From positions 1 to 40,006 of IMG/VR virus record IMGVR_UViG_3300045988_085556: a stretch of DNA of 40,006 nucleotides. One strand, written 5' to 3'. The notes below the pieces were generated by a model. That model saw only the letters and a list, made by a program, of their open reading frames with translations. It ran no database searches and was not told where the DNA came from. The position numbers and the translations under genes were made by a program. Shown piece by piece: positions 23,404-32,513 of the stretch (position 1 is the first letter of the stretch; each line of letters begins with the position of its first letter). Origin of the DNA: a virus.

Positions 23404-24420
23404 TTATCTGAGTGCTCCAGAGCTGTCCGTAAAGCACATTTTGCCGTTCTTATCCACGTAGTATACCTTTCCGCCTGTCCTTACCAGCTCATCCGCCGCC
23501 ATTGCTCCAGACGCTTTCAGGTAATACCACTTTTTATTATCCTGCACCCATCCGGTCATCATCCATCCATTTGCGTCAAAATAATACCATGTACCGCCGA
23601 TCTGCTTCCAGGCACTCTTCGGGTACTTATAGCCGGCGATAATGTACCACCACTTTCCCGCTTCGCAGATCCAGCCGTCCAGGTAATCCCCGGACACCCA
23701 GCCGTCAGCGTAGTGGAACCAGCACGTACTGCCTACCCAGCGGCGCTTATCGCATCCGATGCGGTCACCTTTATTCAGCTGTCCAACAATTTGACCATTT
23801 GGCTCTCTCCTGACATTGAGGTTATTACCTGTGATCGTAAGGCCATTAGCACCCATGCTGATCGGTATATCTGCCACAGTGGATGTGCCAGAAGAGGCCT
23901 GTCCAGCTACAATACTCCAATCAAGCCTTGCAAACTTTGTCCCAGGCAGATTGCTGTTGTAATACCCCTTGCTGCATACCCCACCGCCGTTGGCAATGAT
24001 CGTACTGCCCCCGCTGGTATTACCCTCTACAGTGGTAAAATAATCACCATTAACACCCGTTACAATGCCTGTATGAGTAAATACGCCGCCATGCTTAAAC
24101 ATCACGATATCACCAACCTGCGGATTGGCGTAGTTGGTAAAATTCGCGGCAAGTGTAGGTACATATACATAGGGCCAATGCTTCAGCATCTTTTCCGCGG
24201 CGGCCTGCCCGAATGCCCGCATCAGTACCCAGCTCACAAATGCTGCACACCAAGGCTGGCCCTGGTAAGAGGGTTTGATGTCACGCCAATATTTTGTGTA
24301 GTTATTATCCCCGGCGTTTGCGGTCTTATTGTCCAGACTGCTATTGCTATGCTTTTCCAGATAACCAACCTCCGCCTTGGCGGTCTGAATCATCTTATTT
24401 ATTGCCTCTGTCTTTGTCAT
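23404..24420 (-). CDS. endolysin: CHAP domain + SH3b + cell-wall-binding repeats
   Basis: PWCAAFVSW / HTGIV / EGNTS (CHAP), LNVRREPNGQIVGQLNKGDRI (SH3), GTWYYFDANGWMMTGW… (CW repeats). Confidence 0.88.
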   Translation of the reverse strand: MTKTEAINKMIQTAKAEVGYLEKHSNSSLDNKTANAGDNNYTKYWRDIKPSYQGQPWCAAFVSWVLMRAFGQAAAEKMLKHWPYVYVPTLAANFTNYANPQVGDIVMFKHGGVFTHTGIVTGVNGDYFTTVEGNTSGGSTIIANGGGVCSKGYYNSNLPGTKFARLDWSIVAGQASSGTSTVADIPISMGANGLTITGNNLNVRREPNGQIVGQLNKGDRIGCDKRRWVGSTCWFHYADGWVSGDYLDGWICEAGKWWYIIAGYKYPKSAWKQIGGTWYYFDANGWMMTGWVQDNKKWYYLKASGAMAADELVRTGGKVYYVDKNGKMCFTDSSGALR

Positions 24421-24457
24421 GTGTTACTCCTTTCTTCGGCGTTTTGCCGCGTAAATC

Positions 24458-24859
24458 TTATTTATTGTAAGTTCCCAGCACCTGCCGTTCAATCCTGTCC
24501 TCTACTCTACGGTTCATCCACATAAGAGCCTCCTCTATATGGGTAAGGGCGCAGGCATTCTCCCGAGATGCATACGGCCCTGCCTGGAAGGATTTCAGGC
24601 GGTCTCTGACGATTTCCAACAGATCGCTGTCAATTACACCGTGGGTAGATTTATCCTCTTTGCGCGGCCCACACTGCAGCTGTATAGTGCACATCACGGC
24701 ATTAGGGTCGACACTGATCGAACTTGCGTCATCATCCAACCTCGCCTCTTCCGCTTTGCAAACCATATACAGATGATTTGCGCCTCCTGGTCCCTGCTCA
24801 TCTACCGCGAATACTTCATTTAATTTCTCTTTTTTCTGAATTGTTGATAATTTTCTCAT
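24458..24859 (-). CDS. 133-aa cytoplasmic-looking protein of unknown function inserted between holin and endolysin
   Basis: SD AAAGGA before ATG 24859; motif QLQCGP…[49 protein letters not shown]. Confidence 0.65.
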   Translation of the reverse strand: MRKLSTIQKKEKLNEVFAVDEQGPGGANHLYMVCKAEEARLDDDASSISVDPNAVMCTIQLQCGPRKEDKSTHGVIDSDLLEIVRDRLKSFQAGPYASRENACALTHIEEALMWMNRRVEDRIERQVLGTYNK

Positions 24860-24879
24860 AGTCAAATCCTTTCTGCCGG

Positions 24880-24893
24880 TTGCGCCGGCGCAA
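24880..24893. repeat. 14-bp perfect palindrome TTGCGCCGGCGCAA, copy 1
   Basis: identical to 39858-39871; sits directly after a terminator and before an SD. Confidence 0.9.
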
Positions 24894-24921
24894 ATTAAAA
24901 GAGAGCGATTACTCGCCCTCT
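24892..24921 (-). terminator. intrinsic terminator-like hairpin directly after the holin stop
   Basis: On the minus strand, AGAGGGCG-AGUAAU-CGCUCUCU followed by UUUAAUUU. Confidence 0.5.
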
Positions 24922-25219
24922 ACTCCTCTTTGTTATGCTGCTTAATTACCTGGTTGACGTAGGTCGATAATCCAGCCACCAGTATGCCCTGGACAATCGC
25001 CGTAAACACTGCCATTGCGATTTCCTGCATCCCGCTCAATGGGCAGGTGGCAACCACCCAAATACCGCACAGCAGGATTCCCAGTCCTCCAAGAGATATC
25101 GGGATATACTTATCTGCAATTGCCTCTGTCTTCTTCATGCCCACACCTACAAAATAAAGCACCACGGCCAACACCAGCAGTTCTGGTTTTACATAATTCA
25201 TAATCTGATCCATAATCAT
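24920..25219 (-). CDS. holin (multi-TM, charged C-terminus)
   Basis: 99 aa, three hydrophobic segments, tail …KQHNKEE, position in the lysis cassette. Confidence 0.75.
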   Translation of the reverse strand: MIMDQIMNYVKPELLVLAVVLYFVGVGMKKTEAIADKYIPISLGGLGILLCGIWVVATCPLSGMQEIAMAVFTAIVQGILVAGLSTYVNQVIKQHNKEE

Positions 25220-25467
25220 CCTCCTTTCTTCTCCAGGTCTTCAATCCTATGATTTGCGATCTTCATCTGTTCTTCTTGCACACACAGCTTCTGTTCCAGC
25301 TCATATGTACGCTCTATTACATTATTATGCTTATCTACCCGTTTTGTGAGTTCCTCCAGCTTATACTCCAGCAGAGCTCTGGTCTTTTCCTGTTGGCCGC
25401 GATTGCTGATCAGGCAGACAAGCAGAGTTACACCTGCAGAGATGCAAGCCGAAATGATTGTTTCCAT
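25216..25467 (-). CDS. xhlA: XhlA-like lysis-associated membrane protein (N-terminal TM + coiled coil)
   Basis: 83 aa, TM then coiled coil; PBSX-like order XkdW-XkdX-…-XhlA-holin-lysin. Confidence 0.65.
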   Translation of the reverse strand: METIISACISAGVTLLVCLISNRGQQEKTRALLEYKLEELTKRVDKHNNVIERTYELEQKLCVQEEQMKIANHRIEDLEKKGG

Positions 25468-25479
25468 GCAGGTCCCTCC

Positions 25480-26460
25480 TTACTCAAAGATTGCATACAG
25501 ATGTCCGCTCCGGATCTCAAAGGTCGGTGTCTTGCCATCCGCTCCGGCTGGTCCCTGTGGGCCCTGGGCTCCTGTTGCTCCCTGCGGCCCTGTTGCCCCT
25601 GCATCACCTTTATCCCCCTTTGGTCCCTGCGGGCCAGTTGCACCAGTATCACCTTTAGCACCTTTTAATGCTGCTAACTGGGCTGATGTAAAGTCATCAT
25701 AGGTGAAAGCGTCTCCTTTGTCTCCTTTCGGACCAGTCGGGCCCTGCGGACCCGTGGCGCCGGTTGCACCTTTTGCTCCCTGGGGGCCTGTCATACCTGT
25801 TGCACCGGACAAATCTGTGATATAGGTATATGCTGACGCTCCTTTTACATACAGTTTTGCATTGTCGGCATCGTTTACGTTACCAGTGTCAATCATGACA
25901 AACTGACCGACCTTGATACCATCCGACGCATATCCGCTGTTCATGGCGCTGATACTTGCATAGGTCTTTGCGATCGTGAAAGCCTCACCGGCAGGTCCCT
26001 GGGGGCCTGTAGAGCCTGTAGCTCCTTTTGGACCTGTGGCACCGGTATCGCCCTTTGGTCCCTGAGGACCTGTGGCGCCGGTCGCTCCGATATCTCCTTT
26101 CGGTCCCTGGGCACCCGTGGCTCCTTTGATGTTACCTGTCTTTGCCCAGGCTCCTGATGCTCTCTTATAAACATCAAAATTAGCAGTATTGAGATAAAAG
26201 TCACCATCTTTTCCCTGGGTTGTCGGGGTTGCCGTGCCGAACAGCCATGTTGCACCATCCGCACCTTTTGCACCGGTGGCACCCGTTGCGCCCCTCGGTC
26301 CTGTCGGTCCAGTCTCTCCCTGTATCCCCTGTGGACCTTGAGCTCCTGTCTCTCCTTTTGCTCCGGTATCACCTTTCAACCCCTGCGGGCCTGCCGGTCC
26401 CTGTGGCCCCTGCGCTCCCTGTGGTCCTACAATACTGCCTAAATCAACTTCTCTTGCCAT
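25480..26460 (-). CDS. collagen-like (G-X-Y repeat) tail fibre protein
   Basis: four G-X-Y repeat blocks (N-terminal, two internal, C-terminal); C-terminus [18 protein letters not shown]. Confidence 0.8.
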   Translation of the reverse strand: MAREVDLGSIVGPQGAQGPQGPAGPQGLKGDTGAKGETGAQGPQGIQGETGPTGPRGATGATGAKGADGATWLFGTATPTTQGKDGDFYLNTANFDVYKRASGAWAKTGNIKGATGAQGPKGDIGATGATGPQGPKGDTGATGPKGATGSTGPQGPAGEAFTIAKTYASISAMNSGYASDGIKVGQFVMIDTGNVNDADNAKLYVKGASAYTYITDLSGATGMTGPQGAKGATGATGPQGPTGPKGDKGDAFTYDDFTSAQLAALKGAKGDTGATGPQGPKGDKGDAGATGPQGATGAQGPQGPAGADGKTPTFEIRSGHLYAIFE

Positions 26461-26474
26461 GTCTTATCTCTCCT

Positions 26475-27113
26475 TTACTTTTGATATACCGCGATTAAAT
26501 GGCCGTCTCTGATCTCAAATTCCGGGGTCTCTCCTGCCGGTCCCCGGATATCTTCCAGGGCCACCAGCCTGTTCCACTCATTACTGTCGGTATAACGCCA
26601 CTCAATGGCTGTGCTGGTCTTCTGCATCTCGATCTCCCGCTCCCTGATTGGCAGCCGAATCCGAGAGCCAATGGCCTGCCCTCCGGACATAAGCTGTAAC
26701 ACCCCATCCTGCAATGTCATGTCATCTGCACGGCTACTCAGCTCACGAAAGATTTCTTGCATAGGTGTTAGTCCAGTTCCGATGTAATTTTCAGGCTTCG
26801 CCCGTTTTTTCACAGGCATTAGGATCGTCCGCAAGGTCTCGCCCTGTTTATCATCACAAACATATATATGTGCCAAAATGTTTTTACCGCTCTGAAGCAG
26901 GATGTCCGGAATACTTGCAGATGTACTGCCATCTTTCTGCCGGATTCCCCGAACAGTAAAGGCCAGACTGCCGAATTCCTCTGTCAAATGCACCTCTCCC
27001 TGGTCAGGGAGCTGCAGGCCGTACACCTGCAGCGTTTGGCCATAATCCCACTGCGCCAGTCCATATATTGTTTTATAATATTGCCCATCACTACAAAATC
27101 TTGCGATTATCAT
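26475..27113 (-). CDS. tail fibre/baseplate-associated protein (BppU-N-like start; shared C-terminal motif)
   Basis: SD AAGGAG before ATG 27113; [15 protein letters not shown]…; C-terminus [22 protein letters not shown]. Confidence 0.6.
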   Translation of the reverse strand: MIIARFCSDGQYYKTIYGLAQWDYGQTLQVYGLQLPDQGEVHLTEEFGSLAFTVRGIRQKDGSTSASIPDILLQSGKNILAHIYVCDDKQGETLRTILMPVKKRAKPENYIGTGLTPMQEIFRELSSRADDMTLQDGVLQLMSGGQAIGSRIRLPIREREIEMQKTSTAIEWRYTDSNEWNRLVALEDIRGPAGETPEFEIRDGHLIAVYQK

Positions 27114-27138
27114 TGCCGTCTCCTTCCCGCCTGGAAGA

Positions 27139-27255
27139 TTAACCAGCAAGGATGCTTGTCTTTTCTTCCTGGCTGATCCAGCCCTTTGCAGCTGCCTTTT
27201 CTACTACCTCTGCATTTCTGGTCTTTCTATACAGTCTTGTAATCGTCTCAAACAT
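27139..27255 (-). CDS. xkdX: XkdX-like 38-aa protein, below track cutoff
   Basis: SD AAGGAGG before ATG 27255. Translation MFETITRLYRKTRNAEVVEKAAAKGWISQEEKTSILAG. Confidence 0.6.
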   Translation of the reverse strand: MFETITRLYRKTRNAEVVEKAAAKGWISQEEKTSILAG

Positions 27256-27268
27256 GTCGCATACCTCC

Positions 27269-27670
27269 TTACGCAATCCCCAGGCTATCAAGCACCAGTT
27301 TGTCCACGGTTTCCTCCAAAGAGGCTATACGGGCTTCTGTTTCATCCGGCCTCTGCAGCTCTACAATGATAGCAACTCCATTAACTGGCACTGGATTCCC
27401 TTCTTCATCCTGTGTGTAATCCACAACAGTTTCCATCTGCTTTTCAATCTTCTGCATTTTTGTATACCCAGAATAGATTTTAAATACCTCATCGTTGTAA
27501 TCAATCACCTGGATTTTACTTGTGTTCGCTGCTTCAGACAGCAGCGTCTCATATTCCATGATGTTTTTATCTCCAGGCACTAAACTCAAAACAAGGGTAT
27601 TCCCAAATGCCTGAATCCCATCTGCAATAATTTCCAGTTCCTGTCCATTGGCTAATCTGATTTTTCCCAT
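27269..27670 (-). CDS. XkdW-like protein (tail fibre accessory)
   Basis: SD AAAGGTGA before ATG 27670; position between a fibre gene and the XkdX-like gene. Confidence 0.5.
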   Translation of the reverse strand: MGKIRLANGQELEIIADGIQAFGNTLVLSLVPGDKNIMEYETLLSEAANTSKIQVIDYNDEVFKIYSGYTKMQKIEKQMETVVDYTQDEEGNPVPVNGVAIIVELQRPDETEARIASLEETVDKLVLDSLGIA

Positions 27671-27705
27671 ATCTTTCACCTTTCTATTTCTGATTTTCTG
27701 CATTA

Positions 27706-28476
27706 TTAAAGAGTTTTAATGAATGACCCGTCAATATATAGTTTTAGCTTCCATGTTCCACCCTCCAGAACCCAATCAAGCTGAAGGCTATTTGAACCTG
27801 ACTTCGTCTTGATGGCGTTATGTGTGTGCGATGTATCCGCTTTAGTTTTCAACTTCGTATTCATTTCACTCTCTGTATAATATCTGTCATCATGAGTATG
27901 GGATTTCTCTGCTTTATTTCCTAAAGCGGTCTGTGCATTTCCTAAAGCGGTCTGTGCATTTCCTAAAGCGGTCTGCATATTGCTCGCCGTTCCATCCGCC
28001 TTTGTATATACCACATTGCTCGCCGTTGTTTTTGGCTTAACTTCATTCTGCAGATAAGTCAAAAAGTTGGAAAATAACAACTTCTTTCCCGTTCCTGTGG
28101 ATTCTTCCAGCAAAAAAGCATCCGTACTATCAGGTGTAACCTTATTGGCCAAATCAATCACGCGGTTAAATGCAAGATACTTCATGTCCTTCAGCCACTT
28201 GGATATTTTACCAAACAAAACCGTTATGGAATTTCCTGTAGCTAATGCCTCCCTGGATGTCGCATCTGAAAACGCGATAGGGGTAGACGCATCCACTTTA
28301 CCGGTCGGCCCTTGTGGCCCTTGCGGCCCTGTGTCCCCTGCATCACCTTTATCCCCCTTTGGCCCCTGTGGACCTGTTGGACCGGCTGGACCTGCCGGAC
28401 CCTGAGGGCCGGTCGCTCCTGTAGCTCCCTTCGGCCCCTGCGGTCCCATCACATTGCCTAAATCAAGTTCGGGCAT
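27706..28476 (-). CDS. collagen-like tail fibre protein with TALGNAQ tandem repeat
   Basis: N-terminal G-X-Y block; 21-bp tandem repeat in the coding region. Confidence 0.8.
   Translation of the reverse strand: MPELDLGNVMGPQGPKGATGATGPQGPAGPAGPTGPQGPKGDKGDAGDTGPQGPQGPTGKVDASTPIAFSDATSREALATGNSITVLFGKISKWLKDMKYLAFNRVIDLANKVTPDSTDAFLLEESTGTGKKLLFSNFLTYLQNEVKPKTTASNVVYTKADGTASNMQTALGNAQTALGNAQTALGNKAEKSHTHDDRYYTESEMNTKLKTKADTSHTHNAIKTKSGSNSLQLDWVLEGGTWKLKLYIDGSFIKTL
27919..27975. repeat. 21-bp tandem repeat, about 2.7 copies (TCCTAAAGCGGTCTGTGCATT)
   Basis: copies at 27919-27939 and 27940-27960, partial copy from 27961; in frame (7 aa). Confidence 0.9.
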
Positions 28477-28490
28477 AATTCTCTACCTCC

Positions 28491-29126
28491 TTATAAGATC
28501 ATGACCAGATGGCCATTATCATCTATTTTGTATCCCGGGGCATCTGTGCCAGCGTATACTATATAAAGATGTCCGTCTTCCCGCACCTGGAAGGCATAGA
28601 CACCTTTACTCTCTACAACTGCAGCATCCCCACCCCGGTCACCTTTATCACCTTTGTCTCCTTTTGGTCCCTGGATACCTTGCGCCCCCTGTGGTCCTGC
28701 CGGACCAGTTGGGCCTATCGGACCTTGTGGACCTGCCGGACCGTTGAACTCCCCGGCCTGTCTGCGCCGCTCCAAGTCGTCGGCAGTAGCGTTAGCCCGA
28801 TTTGCGGCAGCCTCTGCGGCTTGTGCTTGTGTATTGGCAAGCTGTCCGGCATTGTCAGCGTATTTCGTTGCTTCCACCGCATCTTTTACAGCCGCCCCAA
28901 CCTCACCGACAAGCCTGTTGATGATCTCCTGTGTCCGCTCATCTAACTCTATGGTCAGGTCTTCCTCTGTCATGAGGCGCTTAACGACACCAGCGGAAAA
29001 ACATACATAAGTTGCTTTCCCATCCCTCACATTAGGGTCTCCCCTCAAGACTACAGCCCATTCCCCTGGCAGCATCTTTTGAGGGTCAAAGTGGTCAAAA
29101 TCGCCCCGCCTATCCTGTATTGCCAT
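28491..29126 (-). CDS. collagen-like tail fibre / upper baseplate protein
   Basis: G-X-Y block [37 protein letters not shown]; C-terminal DGHLY / NGHLV motifs. Confidence 0.75.
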   Translation of the reverse strand: MAIQDRRGDFDHFDPQKMLPGEWAVVLRGDPNVRDGKATYVCFSAGVVKRLMTEEDLTIELDERTQEIINRLVGEVGAAVKDAVEATKYADNAGQLANTQAQAAEAAANRANATADDLERRRQAGEFNGPAGPQGPIGPTGPAGPQGAQGIQGPKGDKGDKGDRGGDAAVVESKGVYAFQVREDGHLYIVYAGTDAPGYKIDDNGHLVMIL

Positions 29127-29146
29127 ATTGGTTCACCTCCTTACCC

Positions 29147-30154
29147 TTATCCTGGTATCCAGCGTACCAGTGACACCCCCGTGGGCGTCGGTGGCGTACT
29201 GCCGCCTGGATAACGCAGCACACAGTTCCAGGGATAGTTATAATAACTGCATGTCCATATTTCTGTGCCATCCTGGTCCCCTGTCTGCGGGTTTCCACGG
29301 TTTGATGATGCCTGCACCATCCTGCCATTACCAATGCTCATAGCTGTATGGTTCACATGATTAAGGAGCACATCACCGTATATGATGCCACTTCCGGATG
29401 CCATATCTACGCTGTTTGTCACGTCCTGGAATCCGCAGGCAATAAACGCGTCATACATATTTCCGGTGTATGATGCCCCCTTATCTTTAACCGGGACACC
29501 AGCCTGTTGCCACGCCGAGATCAAAAGTGATGAGCAGTCGTAATCCGGCCCCCAGCGATTGTCCTGTGAATATCCGTGGGAATTATCATTCGCGATTGCG
29601 ACCGCCCACTCCACAGCATTTTTGATAACCGTCGAGCTTCCGTAAGTCAGGTTTTCAAACCAGTACCGTGCATTCTGCCTTCTTTCCTCTAGTGCCAGCA
29701 CTCCCGGTCTTTCATAGTTCCGCATGAACGCTTCCGCCAGGTATTCCGGACTCTCTGCAGATCTTGTAAACGCAGAAAACGAGAAATTAAAAGAGGAAGT
29801 GGCGATCCATTGCTGGTTGTTTGCCACTTCCCATAAAATGCATTCCAACTGCCCGTTAAAATATGCTGTCGTATTGCCGTAATTGTTTCCCCAGGGATAT
29901 CCCCTGGCATCCGCCCATGATGTGTAACCCGTTGCCGGTGTCCACTGCACCAGGCCATATCCACCTGACATATTGCCGTAAATAAGGGATTCCCATAATC
30001 CAGGGTTGAGTGTGGACTCGCGCTGCATATTTCCGAGTATTCCCGCAATAGCATTCCTGGTCCAGCCCTTATTGATGAGATAATCAGCGATATACTGTGC
30101 ATTATCTGTCATTTGCGATTGAGACAGATATGCATTGCTTATTATAAGTGCCAT
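29147..30154 (-). CDS. virion-associated peptidoglycan hydrolase (tail-lysozyme-like N-domain + Amidase_5/NlpC-like C-domain)
   Basis: GILGNMQRESTLNPGLWE…GYGLVQWTP; C-terminal DYDCSSLLISAW…GDVLLNHVNHTAM. Confidence 0.75.
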   Translation of the reverse strand: MALIISNAYLSQSQMTDNAQYIADYLINKGWTRNAIAGILGNMQRESTLNPGLWESLIYGNMSGGYGLVQWTPATGYTSWADARGYPWGNNYGNTTAYFNGQLECILWEVANNQQWIATSSFNFSFSAFTRSAESPEYLAEAFMRNYERPGVLALEERRQNARYWFENLTYGSSTVIKNAVEWAVAIANDNSHGYSQDNRWGPDYDCSSLLISAWQQAGVPVKDKGASYTGNMYDAFIACGFQDVTNSVDMASGSGIIYGDVLLNHVNHTAMSIGNGRMVQASSNRGNPQTGDQDGTEIWTCSYYNYPWNCVLRYPGGSTPPTPTGVSLVRWIPG

Positions 30155-30169
30155 ATTTCTGTCTCCTTC

Positions 30170-32152
30170 TTAAAAAGTGGTTCCACTGGCGGTCCTTCCA
30201 CCAACAAGTATCCCGCCATTAAACTGCAGCCAGCTCCCGTCGGAAAACTCAGCCTTCCCTGTTTTCCCAGCTTTAAATTTCCCTGCCAGGCCGTCTTTAT
30301 CTGCCAATAACGGATATGAGTTATTGCCGCTGTCATCTGTGCAAACAAAAGAAAACTTTGATGCAGATCCAAAGGACTGGATTGCTATTCCTCCACCAGA
30401 TACAGCTGTCATGATTGCTGATAACTTACCCGCATTGTAAAATTCAACCCTCTTGTTATTGATTTTGATGCCTGTCCCATCTACTAAATTACTAAAGACC
30501 CCTTCTGCGTGCACACCATCTTTATTCCAAGTACCGATAACCTTACCTGACGCATTCAGAATGCGCAGCACACCGTTTACATTGTTTTCCCCGCCTAATG
30601 TAAGGGTACCACCCCTCGCCCAGTCGAAACGGATGCCTATAGCGGACAGGACATTGACCACGGCATTTCCCTGGCTGTCCATACCGGCATTCCAAGTCTT
30701 TCCTCCATCCGTAGACACGGCAAAGGCGTTCGCTGTCATCTTCCAAATGGTGTCTGATTCCTTCAGCGTTGGTTTATTGTGCATATAAAAAATGGTGCTG
30801 CCATCCTCCAGCTTTTCCTCCGTCTTATATACACCAAAAGACTGGGTGATCAAACTGGTCAGGGCCTGCACCGCTTTGTTATACTCATTTATCTGTACTT
30901 TAGTATTTTTCTTTGCCTTTACAAAGGCTTGTGTAGCCTCTGTAAACCTGGATGCACTGTTACGGGCCGGTGTTTTTGCGTCACAGGACACCGACTGATA
31001 ATTACCTATCTGGTAGGTGGTATTTGTAATATAGCACTGATAGGTGTTCTGCTTATAATCTGTCACGATTGCCGGGTCTCCTGCCTCTATGGCAGGGTCT
31101 GACAGGCAAGAGATAGACACTGGACGGAATTTCATCCCTATCAGGCAGCCGCCTAAATAATCAGCGACCGTCTTACCGCTACCTTTGCGAATAAAATCAT
31201 TATCCTTTATCTCCAGCACATAACCTTCCACACCTGTCATATAAGATGCTGGGGCATCCTGCACAGTGGTGTCCTGCGCCTCAGTCACCTTGATCCCGGT
31301 TATCACCACGTCATCCGTAGCAACACTTATACTGTTTAAGGCATATAAATGGTGGTATTCCTGCAAGCTGTCAAACGTTCCCCCATCCAGGCTGTCTCCA
31401 TCTGTCCAAGGCAGGAAACTGCCGCCATCCGCACTGTCACCAGTCTGATAGGATGGGGTCCCATCGTCAAACACACCGCCATCTATGCCATTATGACGCC
31501 CAAATACGGCAGTGTCATACCATCCTGACGTCAACCGGCCATATGCGTCACACTTCCAGTAACGGCAGGCTATCTGCCCCACCCAGGTCAGCACCTGTCT
31601 GAAGGTCAGCGCTTCATCTGTAGGCCGTTCTTTCACTGTGTAATTGCGGTTCGGAAAATCTGCGGATGCCTGTACCACACCACATACACTGCAGGCATCG
31701 GCTACGATCTGCCCAAGGGTGGCCGGATATTTTAAATGGCTGTCCGAATATGGCCGGTCAAATTTCGCCATGTTGTCATAAGCTGTGACAGAGATGACCG
31801 CACCCGTGAATTTTCCCGGCTCCGCCGTGTATATGCCCTTTGGTATCCACTCGATCTTGTCCTCTGATAGCTGCAGGCCAATGCTGATATTGATGACAGC
31901 CCCCTCAAAATCGTAGGTGTTGAACCTGTCATCCGTATTATCCAGGCGCAGCGTGCACTCCCCAATAGATGCGGAACCAATATCAAAACTGTCCGTACTG
32001 GATACACCAGTCTTGATAGTCAGCCCATCTGCCATCAGTTCTGTGTTTGTCAACACCGTCTCTGTCCCATCCGGAAACTGCATCACTGCCCGTACATGAA
32101 ATATCCTGTCCTGTACAACAGCCCGTCTGTAATCCATACTTGTCCTTACCAT
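30170..32152 (-). CDS. tail-associated protein Tal / prophage tail endopeptidase-type baseplate hub
   Basis: 660 aa, follows the Dit-like gene; SD AGAGGTGA before ATG 32152. Confidence 0.7.
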   Translation of the reverse strand: MVRTSMDYRRAVVQDRIFHVRAVMQFPDGTETVLTNTELMADGLTIKTGVSSTDSFDIGSASIGECTLRLDNTDDRFNTYDFEGAVINISIGLQLSEDKIEWIPKGIYTAEPGKFTGAVISVTAYDNMAKFDRPYSDSHLKYPATLGQIVADACSVCGVVQASADFPNRNYTVKERPTDEALTFRQVLTWVGQIACRYWKCDAYGRLTSGWYDTAVFGRHNGIDGGVFDDGTPSYQTGDSADGGSFLPWTDGDSLDGGTFDSLQEYHHLYALNSISVATDDVVITGIKVTEAQDTTVQDAPASYMTGVEGYVLEIKDNDFIRKGSGKTVADYLGGCLIGMKFRPVSISCLSDPAIEAGDPAIVTDYKQNTYQCYITNTTYQIGNYQSVSCDAKTPARNSASRFTEATQAFVKAKKNTKVQINEYNKAVQALTSLITQSFGVYKTEEKLEDGSTIFYMHNKPTLKESDTIWKMTANAFAVSTDGGKTWNAGMDSQGNAVVNVLSAIGIRFDWARGGTLTLGGENNVNGVLRILNASGKVIGTWNKDGVHAEGVFSNLVDGTGIKINNKRVEFYNAGKLSAIMTAVSGGGIAIQSFGSASKFSFVCTDDSGNNSYPLLADKDGLAGKFKAGKTGKAEFSDGSWLQFNGGILVGGRTASGTTF

Positions 32153-32156
32153 GTCA

Positions 32157-32513
32157 TCACCTCTGTATAATATCCACCGTAACACTGCGGTACCAAAATA
32201 TCCCGTCCCCCAGGCGGCCTATCTGTTCTTTTGATATGGTCCCCCGGTATACTTCTATCGTTACATTGATACCGTCATCCCTGAAGGTGAAAGGAAAAAA
32301 CCCCGCAACCAGTGTCCGCTTGATAAGCGCTACATCTGATTCCGGGAGCACACCCCATTTGATACTTACAGTCTTTTTATTCGCAACCGGGTCTCCAACC
32401 ATCGTTCCGTCCATTGTACGGCCCGTGTCGGAAGTCCATATGATCTCATCATTAACAGAAATGGAGACGGGTGCCGGCAGCACCACGCCTCCTGATCTTA
32501 AAATATCTGCCAT
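32157..32513 (-). CDS. short distal-tail-protein-like protein
   Basis: 118 aa, positioned between the tape measure and Tal. Confidence 0.5.
   Translation of the reverse strand: MADILRSGGVVLPAPVSISVNDEIIWTSDTGRTMDGTMVGDPVANKKTVSIKWGVLPESDVALIKRTLVAGFFPFTFRDDGINVTIEVYRGTISKEQIGRLGDGIFWYRSVTVDIIQR

Noticed and set aside
23386-24525. 379-aa plus-strand ORF, the longest plus-strand ORF in the window
   Set aside because: It lies entirely antisense to the well-supported endolysin gene, has no SD, and has a Pro/Cys/Ile-rich nonsense-like composition. It is a typical shadow ORF.
25428-26498. Multiple alternative-frame ORFs within the collagen-like gene (e.g. 25941..26372-, 25346..25702+, 26220..26498+)
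   Set aside because: The G-X-Y repeat DNA (GGN CCN …) stays open in several frames on both strands. Only the Gly-X-Y frame gives a coherent protein with an SD.
27919-27975. CRISPR-like or other repeat array
   Set aside because: The only tandem repeat is a 21-bp in-frame coding repeat without spacers. No CRISPR array, cas genes, reverse transcriptase (DGR/retron) or transposase was seen anywhere in the window.
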